From NCBI GenBank assembly GCA_013265495.1, contig MU059614.1, forward strand, positions 1,465,601 to 1,529,600: a stretch of 64,000 bases of DNA, read 5' to 3'. The position numbers were made by a program, and so were the translations under genes. Under the pieces are notes generated by a model. The model saw only the letters and a list, made by a program, of their open reading frames with translations, was not told the DNA's origin and ran no database searches. This document shows positions 25,687 through 35,328 of this stretch, piece by piece (positions within the stretch are counted from its first letter, which is position 1; every line of letters begins with the position of its first letter). This DNA comes from Vicugna vicugna (lineage: Eukaryota).

Positions 25687-28600
25687 GTAGGTCTTTAATC
25701 TGTTTTTGTGCCTGGAGTCCTGCAGGGTGAGGGGAAGCTGGCTGGATAGTCAGGCAGAAGCTGGAGTGCAGGGAGGGCAGACCAGGATGAGAGCTGTGTT
25801 AGCTCATCCAGTCCTCGCCAACCCCCACACGCCCATGTCCACTTTCCCGTGACACCCAGGAGAAACTGGGCCCAGAGGCTGTCAGGCTAGGGGTACTGGG
25901 TGAGCGGCCGCAGGCAGGGCTGCTTCCCCAGGAGGTGCGACCGGGAGCCCCTGCCCTTCCTCCTGTGGTGGCTCCGAGTTCCCAGGGTGCAGGGCTTCTC
26001 CCCAAAGGCTGCGGCACCCTGGGCAGGCCGCGCCTGGCAGGGACGGCCCTGACGCAGACGGGATCCTGCGTGGTCCCAGCCGGCCCCTGCCGGTCTTCTG
26101 TCATGGGCCTGGCGAGGTAGGGCCCTGTTAGAAGTAGCTGATGGTCCGGGTGGGTTTGGGGAGCAGGGCCGGAGGGTGGAAGGGACAGGCGGTGGTGGGG
26201 AGGGCGCTCTGGGAAGCTCCATGTCTGGAAAGAGCTACGCTGAAGGTGGAGGTGCTTGGAGGTGGTGGATGGTGCTTGTTGGAGCCAAAACGCAGTCACG
26301 GTTCTGTAAGGTTGCATCTCACCGAAGGAAGAGGGTTTGTGCCTTAATGCTTCTCCTGAGATGGTTCCCTCTTTGCCTGAGAAACGTGTGTGGCAGCGAG
26401 TGAGTGAATGTATGTTGGCCCAACAGCTGCCTGCCCCCTGCACCCCTCCCCGAGACAGAAAGGGGCAGTGATCATCTGTCCACCAGAGGGGTCGGTGTCC
26501 TGAAGGCCAGGCCTTGGCCTCCCACGGCCCCTGTCCAATTGGCCTGGGCGGGCAGCAGGGCTGCAGTCTGGTGCCTGTGAGAAAGCTTGCCCTGGGGGAG
26601 GGACTCCTGGTCCCCAGTGCCCCGGTGGCCCAGCTGGCTGCGTGAGGGCCAAGCGGCCCTTTGTCTGCACTGGCCACTTGGGGTCACGGAAGAGCCAGCC
26701 CTCCGCACAACTCCCGAGACCCGGCCCCCCAAACCTGCGCAGTGGCCGGGTTCCTGGTCTGGTCCAGTAATGTGATCCCATTACTGGGGACGCGCTCCCT
26801 CCAACTGAGAGGGTGCCAGGCCGGCCCCTCCCCCCGACCACCCGCAGGGTCTTCTCCCACCATTCCCACTGTGTCCTGCTGCACCTCTGCTGCCTGCGTA
26901 CAGGGCTGGGCTCCACGCTCAGGAATGCGGCCACTTCCGCCTTCACCCTTGGGCGCCTGGCCTGGCCCACCTGCCTGTCTTCAGTGTCTCCACCTGACAG
27001 GAGGCAGGCTGCTCAAGGGGGTGATCTGGAGAGCGGGGGTGAGTGTGGGCTGTATGTGTGTCTGTGTGTCTGTGTGCATGTCTACTGACTCACATGCGTC
27101 CTCAGGCCTGGACTTCAGGTTATCATGTTCCATATCCTGAACCACGCTGACCTGGAAATGAAAACTGGACCAAGGGAGAGACTAAGAACACAGTAAAGGG
27201 GAAAAAGTTGTGTAACCACATCTCCACAGGACCGCCAGATCCATAGTCTTACCTTTAAATACCTACATCATTTAAAAAAGGGCAGTATCCCCAAATCCAG
27301 CACTGAAGTTCAAAGTTTGGAAAAAGAACACACAGGTAACTGAGAAGGAGGAAGAAGAGGGGAAAAAGGCAGAAGAAAGTAGAAGTGATTTTGTAAAAGC
27401 TGGTTTTCTGAAGTTGACCCTCTGGTGACCCCGAGAGCCCCGATCCTGAGTAGCAGCCGGGGCCGGCCTCCTGGGACCGGCCTCCTGGGACCCGGCTGAC
27501 ATGTCCCAGAGTGCGGAAATGTTGGCGTGAGTGCGTGTCACCCTGCTGGGGCTCCTGGTCACTGAACTCTTCTTTTGTCCGGGTGGGGGGAGGGGACAGC
27601 GCGGGGACACTGGGTTGCGGCTCCTCACGTGGCAAGGGACAGGCTCTGACGGAGGCCCTCCTGTCCCCACCATGTGCTCGGACCTTCTTTCGTGCGGGTC
27701 TGGCTCTGACTTTTCTTTCTGGGACTTTTCTGCCCTCGGCCCAGAAGAAAGGTAAAGATGGGGACTCTGACCTGGAGCCCTTAGACAGCTGGCTTCTGGC
27801 CCGCGGAATGGTGAGAGGTCGCTGGCTGCGCTGACCCCTGTCCACCCAGTGCGTCCCTGTCGCCTGCTCAGCCCTCGCGAGTCAGACAGTACAAGGCCGC
27901 TCCCTCCTGTCCGTCTCCTTCAGCCACGGACTCCAGCCCCAGAACCCCCTCCCTGGCTTTCTGCCGAGGTTCCGGCAGCTGCAGGAGTGAGGGGAGGGCC
28001 CTCCCCCTTTTACTGTCTCTGGAGCTCTGGGAAGTATTCACTTTTCCAGGATGAGCACAAGTTATTGTGGCTTTGGCTTGGGAGGAGAAGTCCTCTCCAG
28101 CCTGTGACCTTGGCAGTCCTAGGCTGATGGGGTTTTATAACGTAATTATTTGTACCCACTGTGTCCCCCAGAAGGATTTGAAACCTCTTAAAGAAACACA
28201 CAAACACAGTAGGAACAGAAGAAGATGACCCAGCCAGGGGCGCTGGATATCATAAACGCGGTTACCTCATAGAGCCTTCGCGGCTCAGAGCCCTGGGAGG
28301 GTCTGTCCTGCCTCGTGATCAGGTGGCCCTGAGTCTGTGTCCGAGAGGGTCACTCGTCCCAGGCTGCCTGCGCTGGAGTGAGGATTTCCCCTCTGATGAA
28401 GCCATAGCCTCGCTGAGTGCCTCTGACCTAGAGACCAGAGGGCTGTGTGCCTGGCGGGGCTGGAGCGGCGAGGATGCAGAGAAGGAAAGAGAAAACCAGT
28501 GCAGAGTAGGCTTCTGGGTGGGTGGGGGGAGACACCGCACACACAAGGAGGAAGCATGACTGACCCCCAGGGACCACGTGGGCTGTGGCCAGGGGGAGGG

Positions 28601-31600
28601 TGTTACAGGACTGCGGTCCACACAGGAGTCACCTGCCTAAACTAGGTGTGGCCGGCGCTCGAGGATGTGGGCCGCAGGGCTGTCAGAACCACGGGCCCAG
28701 GTGTCTGCCCAGCTTGGAACTGGTGACCTTGCACAGCCACACCCAGTAGCAGGAGGCGTCTCCCCCACCCCCAGCAGCAGGCAGCCTGGCACTTGCTGTC
28801 CCAGACCCCAAGGCCGTTCAGAGGCGAGGCTGGTCCGGCCCTGCATTTGTTTCTTCAGGGACAGACGGGGGCTCTGGCCCACATGTGTGGGTGGCCTTAG
28901 AGCAGGAGTCCTGGAGACCGTGTCCCCTGCACTGTCCAAATTGGGAGGGTCTAGCCGTGTGTCCTTGTGCCTCTTAATCCTGCAAAACAGGATACTGCCC
29001 ACCGACCGCCCTGCGTGGGGCTCGGCAGCGGGGTGGCGTCCGCCCCCGCCCCGCCCCGCCCGGAGCTCCAGTCCCCGGCTTCAGGATCAAGCCGACTAAC
29101 AGCTAACCTGGTGTCTCCTGTCTGACTGCAGCATCTCTCCCTTTTAAACAGTGTATATTAATTGCTTTGCCTTACTTCCCATAGCTAGAAACCCTGTCTC
29201 CCCCAGTCTCCCATGTACAGATTCTTTACTTGGAAACTTTTTGGACTGTTGCGTGAGAACACAGGGCTTTTAGATTCTCCCTCATGTTGGGGAGGGTGGA
29301 GCGTTGTAGGGGGGACTCGGGACCCCGAGCTCAGCACTTGCTCCTGCCACGCCGGAAACGGACAGCTAGGTGTCCTTGTGGGAGAAGTGGAGTGCGGGGT
29401 GTGAGTCCGGCCCTGGGCCCCTTTCCTGCGGAGGAGGCCCTGAGCACTGCCCCAGCCGCCTGCCTGGGCCGCCTGGCTGTGCTTGCTTCTCCTGGCTGGC
29501 AGGCAGAGAGGGCTGTCTCCCACGTGCAGGGTGCAGCTGGGAAAACAACCTGCTATGAACGAGCATTAATCCCAACAGGACAGAAGTGGGTTAGTGAAGG
29601 TCTGCTTCCACCGGAGCCCGGGTTTGGAGTGGGGGTGGGCAGAAGTACTCAGGCCTGGAAGACCCCTAGACACAGCAAGCCTGAGGCTGCAGAGGGCGCC
29701 GGCTGTGGCTGGCCCCGTGGCAGCACGTTCCCCTTTGGGCAGGCGGCCCTATTGCCCCCTAAGTAGAGCTGCCCGCCTGCAGCCCGTGCAGGTCGGTGGA
29801 TGGCCACGGCCACGGCTGGCTTCCTCTGCGCGCGCCTGGCCATGGCCCCCACTCAGCCAGCCCCGCCAGCCTGTGCTCAGGGGAGGTAGTCTAGGTGCGG
29901 GTCTTCATCAGAGGGCGTCCCCACACCAGCTGCCTTCATTTTTCTCTCTTCGCATCTTTTCCCCTTTCCGTCTCCTTGCTCCAACTCAAGCTCTCCATCA
30001 GACCCCTTGCCCAAGTTGATGCTCACACTAGGGCTCACCTGGCCTCTCAGGGGTCAGCTGGGCCGGCCCTCCTCTGACGACTGAGAACACTGAGGCCTCT
30101 CCAGAGCCTGGGGACATGCCCAGGACTGGGGGCAGTGACAGAGTGACAAAGTCCAGCGCCATCTCCTCCAGGGAGAGGCTTGTTCATTCAGGCATCTCCC
30201 TCCCCTCCCGTCAGCTGGCCTGGGTGCTTCCTCCTCCCTCACTGTTTCCGTGGCTCCTGTTTCCCGGGCAGCGTGTGTGTCTGGTGTGCGTCTGATGCCC
30301 CCGTGGTGGGAACTTTGCCCCAGTGTGGTGTCCCGCTTTGATTATTAGGCAGGCGGCTTGGGAGCCCCGGGGTTAAGGGCAGTCACTGTGGCCAGCCCAT
30401 CCCTGTGTCTCATGCGCCTTCCTGCTGCCCGCAGCCCAGCTCCACGTGAGCCACGCCTGAGGCCAGGCCCTCTGGCAGTCTGTCCAGGGTCAGTTCCAGT
30501 AGCTCTGACACCCCTGGTTTCCCTGGAACGCAGGGATTCGGGGTCATGAGTAGTGGGTGCCACCACCCTGTGTCCCAGGAGAGGAGATTGAGGCCCCCCT
30601 CTCCGCCCCACGCCCGGCATTCCTGAGCACGACCCTGGGCCGCGCTCTCACATAGACACACAGCTCTCTGGGAGAAGCGGAGGAGAGGGAACCAGAGGGC
30701 TTCCGCCATCCAGCTTGGGGGGTGCTTTGAGGGGTGAGGAGCTTCTCGAATGTCAGTGTTTATTTATGAGCAAGCTGGCTCTCAAGATTCACCCGGAGGA
30801 GGAAGCCAGGGCAGCTCCCTGGGACCTAATATGAACAGTAACAAAGTGCGCTGAGTAGAACCCGGAGGCTTAAGGCCCATGAGCCCTAGTGTCTTTTGTC
30901 AAAAGCTTTGTAGCCGTGGACCCCTGGGGGGGTTCCTCCCAGGCGGGCTGAGGCCGATAGCCGTGGGGTCCCCATTCTGGCAGCTGGTGTCGGCGCGGTT
31001 CTTCTGCAGAGATGCACTGACTTTCCACACTTGGTTCTGAGAACTTGGTGACGTGGCAGGCACCCTCCCAGAGGCCAGCGCCCTGGCTTAGAAGCATCAA
31101 GATAACGAAAGCTGGCATCTCCTGTCACAGGAGCGTGTCGGGCAGAAGCCCTGCCAGCAAACCTAAACCTGGCAGATCGTGCCTGGTGAGCCTGCTGCTT
31201 CCTGTTTGATGGGGTCGGGCTGCCCAGCGGCGTGTGTGCCCTGCAGAGGGAGGACCGACTTCCCTTGTCCCCAGGAGTCGTTTTAGGGTGGTTTGAACTC
31301 CTTGATGTGTTTTCATTTCAACATTCTTAAGTCCCCAGTTGGTCAAAGAAATAAAAAGGCAGTGTAGATTCTTCCTGATCTGATCGAGGTTGGCTTGAAC
31401 CTCTGTGGAGTGCTCACGCTGGGCAGAGGAGGGGTCTGCGGCCTGGCTAGGAGACTTCCGCCCAGCTGGCCCAGACCCTCGGGGCAGGTTCCTGCTCCAG
31501 GGAGGCTGCGTCAGTCGGGCTGTGCCCCCAGCTCTCTGCTCTCCTGGCTGAGGTCCTGTTACTTGCTAGATTTGGCGAACACGAGGGCAGTCTTCTCACT

Positions 31601-32595
31601 GTGTATTTTAACTTGATTCCTCCCCTAGATTGTGGTGTTGGGTGAGCCAGCTATAGACACATGCTGGCAATTTTTCTAGAAAGAGTGGGCTTGTGAGTGA
31701 GCCCCCAGAGGTACTACACAGACCCAGCCTAGGTGAGGACACAGGTCACTGGCCAGAGCACGGTCAGCCCGTTTCTCTAGGCTGGGAGCCAGCATTTCGT
31801 TTATGGGGCTTTGAGGGGGTTGAAGGTTACTTTAATTCTTATCACATTATTATCTCATTACACCTGACAGCAGCAGAACTGTTCTAGCCAGATGCATTCT
31901 CCGGCCCTGGGCAGGGTGGCCCAGGCGTGGGCAGGGCCCAGCCACCACGAGGGCATCCTCCTTTGCTCAGAAGCCGGTTACCCTGCCAACCACTCCCCTG
32001 CTTTCTGTTGCACTTCTGGTCTTTGATGCTGGCGCGTTGGAAGCTGGGGTGAGAGGAGGCTGCCGAACTCAGGGCGGCTTCCTGATGGTTCCACTGGAGA
32101 GACACAGAGATCACCAGGCCCTGCGGTCCCTTTGGCCATCAGAGGCCTTGATTTCACCGTGTGTTTGTTGGTAGCAGAAGGTGCCTGCCTCTGTTGGCCA
32201 GGCCATACCGGCCTGGGTGCTCTCCCCACTCAGAAGTGCCCCAGGCCCCTGGGCACCGCCCCTCCCTGGGCGGACCCCTCCTGTCGGGGCCAGCCAGCAG
32301 GCACAGCGCGTTCCTGGACTGGAGGCTGCTCTGCGGCCCAGGGCTGAGTCAAAAAGTTGTCCACTTGAAGAACGCGTACTGCGCCTCCCTCCCCAGCGCC
32401 CCGCCAGCCCTGCTTCTAGCAGCCAGCACGCTCCGCCCTGCCCTCCCACACGTGCCTGTGCGCCCAGCCCGCTCTGCCCGCCTGCTCTGCTCTGTGTACC
32501 TGTGGTTCCGTCTGGGCTGCTTGACGACTGACGTGTCGGTGTTCTGTCTTCCCCGCCCGCTGTGGCTGCCTGCCCGCTGCTTGCCGCCTGCGCAG

Positions 32596-32655
32596 GTCCC
32601 CGTGGCGCAGCCCTCTGTCATGGACGACATTGAGGTGTGGCTCAGGACGGACCTG
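32596..32655 (+). CDS. TOM1L2: TOM1L2 exon 13 (VPVAQPSVMDDIEVWLRTDL; IExWL myosin-VI-binding motif)
   Basis: cgcag|GTC...GAC CTG|gtgaga; 60 nt; symmetric phase 0. Confidence 0.95.
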
Positions 32656-32929
32656 GTGAGACTCGACTTTTCTATCTCGCGTGGGGAGTGGTGAGGCCGA
32701 GGCGCCTCTGAGGACAGGCCTCAGGGGACGGCACGGGGGCCGCTCCCCGGGTGGCGGAGGAGGGGGGGCCAGGCAGGTGCCCTCCAAGGTGGTCAGCACC
32801 TGCTCAGGCATCGCCGAGCCGCCTGCCACGAGGCTGGCGGGACCCAGAGCTGGGCTTTGGGCCTCGGTCCTGCTGCCTGCATGGCACACTTCTCCCGTTA
32901 CTCGACAGTCTCGGGGGTGTGTGCTTGGG

Positions 32930-33030
32930 TTCTTTTGTTTTTTGATTTTTGAGTTTTTTGTATTTTGGTTTTGGTTTTGTGTGTGTGTGGATTTTTTTTT
33001 TTTGGTTTTATTTTGGGTTTTGGGGGATGT
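32930..33030. repeat. T/GT-rich low-complexity tract
   Basis: ttcttttgtttttgatttttgagttttttgtattttggttttgg...ttttttttttttggttttattttggg. Confidence 0.85.
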
Positions 33031-34423
33031 TTTTCTTTCGATTGTGAAACATACACAGAGCCTTTTTTTTCTTTTAATTGTGAAATACACACAGAGATGA
33101 GCGAACGTGTATTTAAATTCACTGTCACCCCCTCCCCAGCATCTCCTGATACCTTGGATTTAATGGCCGTAGAGACCATGGTCTTTATCCCCAGAGATGG
33201 GCAGGAGGGTTAGGACCTCATGCATCTACAAGTGGCAGCGGGTCCTGAGAGAGGAGGGCTGCAGTGGCCGGTCCCGCTCCATGCCCCACAAAGCACTCTG
33301 TGCAGGGGCCACTGGGCTGTTGGCGGGGCTGGAGAGGAAATGGCTCTGGGAGGGAAAGTGCCTGTCCAAGGCCATGGCTGGTCAGACCCCCTGAGACCTG
33401 GAGTCCCTGTCCCCGGAGCAGAGCAGCTCTTAACCACAGGGTCGGCCTGGCTGGCCGTGGCTGCTGACAGCCTCACCTCACACCAGGACAGCAGACCTCG
33501 GTCAGGGCCTCCTGCCGCTCCAGGCCAGCTCCCCAGAAGGCCAGGCTTTCCGAAGACACTGCCCTGTAAGCAGCCACCCGGTGCCCTGCCCGGGGGAAGA
33601 GGTGCCCCATCGTGTGTTTCCCAAGGGAATGTCTGAAAAGGAACTGCTCCTCTCCCAGAAGCATGGCTGGGAGGCCAAGGCCCTCACCTCACAAAGGGGA
33701 CCCACGGTCCACGGCAGGGATCTCCCAGCTGGACACACAGCGAGTCATTGGCAGAACCAGGAAGGCAGCCTGGCCTCCTTGCCTCACCCAGAGCAGTGTC
33801 TACTTACCCAACACCATCTCCGCAGAGTTCCCAGTGGCCCCCACATTCCCCAAACAAAATCCAGTCTGATCCACTCTCATTATTAAGAGATTCCAGAGCC
33901 TCCTGGGTGACAGAATCAGGGCCAAGGAGGAGGCTGGTGCAGCTCCTAGGAGGCCCTGGCCGAACGGCCTCCTTCCTGTGCCCGAGCACCGCCAAGGTCC
34001 GGCCCTGTGCTGTGGGCTCCACAGCTCTGGCCCTTCCAGGCCTCACACGGTTCCCAGCTGCTGGTGCAGACAGTGACCTCCCAGCACCCTGCAGTTGCCG
34101 GCTGGCTGAGAGGGGACGCTGAGTGGAGGGGCACCTGGTGGGCCCTGGGCACAGCCGGACAACCAGCCTGCACCTGATTTTGGATTTTTCTTTCTGGCCC
34201 TTTTGGAGGACCAAAACCTAGAACCTATGCCGCTTTTTTTGTTTGTTTGTTTTTGTTTTTTAAAATCAAAGTTTCTGTTTCTCCAGTAAGTCGAACAGTA
34301 CTTGCTCACGCAGAACCCTGGGGACAGGAATTAGGAAGCTTTGCACCCTGGGGGTGCCGCTGGCTGCCGGGGGAGGCAGCAGGGCGGGCGGGCCTTAACG
34401 CCCTCTCTCTGCTCCTCCCACAG

Positions 34424-34460
34424 AGGGGCGATGACCTGGAGGAGGGCGTCACCAGCGAAG
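34424..34460 (+). CDS. TOM1L2: TOM1L2 exon 14 (RGDDLEEGVTSE)
   Basis: cacag|AGG...GAA G|gtaggc; 37 nt. Confidence 0.95.
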
Positions 34461-35179
34461 GTAGGCCTGGCAGCGGCGCCTCCCCAACATCCCCTTATTT
34501 TGCTGCTCTGTCTCCAGGCTGTCCCCTGCCGGCCTGGGTGGGCCTCCCCTCTAGGGCTCCTCGGCTCCGTCCCACCCCGGCCTTGTGCTGAGGGCGGAGG
34601 TGTCACAGGGCTGGTGAACAGTGGGTACAGATTGCCCTCCCAGGTCTGCATGACCCCAGACCTATACCCCTGGCCAGTCTGTACCTGCCCCCAAATGCCC
34701 AGTCTACCTGCAAGACACATGCCATGCAGTCAGCAGTGGAGGCAGCGGATGGGTCTGGGGGGGAAGTCCCTGTGACGGCCCCCCACCCCACCTCCTCTCA
34801 CCCCTCTGCCCTCCCATTGCTCCCCCTAACTCTGCCAGGCCACCTGGTCAGACCCTCTGTGGGCACAGAGCCCCGCTTGGTGGGTGAGGGGGGTGGGTGC
34901 ATGTTTCCTGCCAAGTTTAAGGGGGAACAACCCCTCCAGCTCTCCCAGTGCTGGTCTGGACCATGGAAGAGCTTCAGGTCAGTGGTGGGGCAGGAATCAC
35001 AGCTGCCCCCTCCCACCCGACCCCACCAGCTTGTGGCCCACTCTGTGTTTCCCTGGCAGTGGCGGGCTGGGGAGCGGGGTGGTTGGGTCCTCTGTGGGTA
35101 GCAGGTGGGAGGGGACTGTTGTACCCTCGATGGGGCCGAGCCCCGACCAATCCCAGCCCGGCCTTATTTTGTATTGCAG

Positions 35180-35328
35180 AGTTCGATAAATTCCTTGAAG
35201 AAAGGGCTAAAGCTGCTGAAATGGTTCCCAACCTCCCCTCTCCCCCAGCGGAAGCCCCGGCCCCAGCCTCAAACCCCTCCAGCAGGAAGAAGCCAGAGCG
35301 CTCAGAGGATGCCCTCTTCGCCCTGTGA
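35180..35328 (+). CDS. TOM1L2: TOM1L2 exon 15 coding part ([23 protein letters not shown]...SEDALFAL*)
   Basis: tgcag|AG TTC...CTG TGA; with a 52-nt coding exon 1 (from memory, outside the window) the CDS totals 1500 nt = 499 aa. Confidence 0.97.

Noticed and set aside
27474-27500. 15-bp tandem duplication (ccggcctcctgggac), and similar short duplications near 15265-15330
   Set aside because: Two-copy slippage products; no spacer structure or function evident, not CRISPR-like
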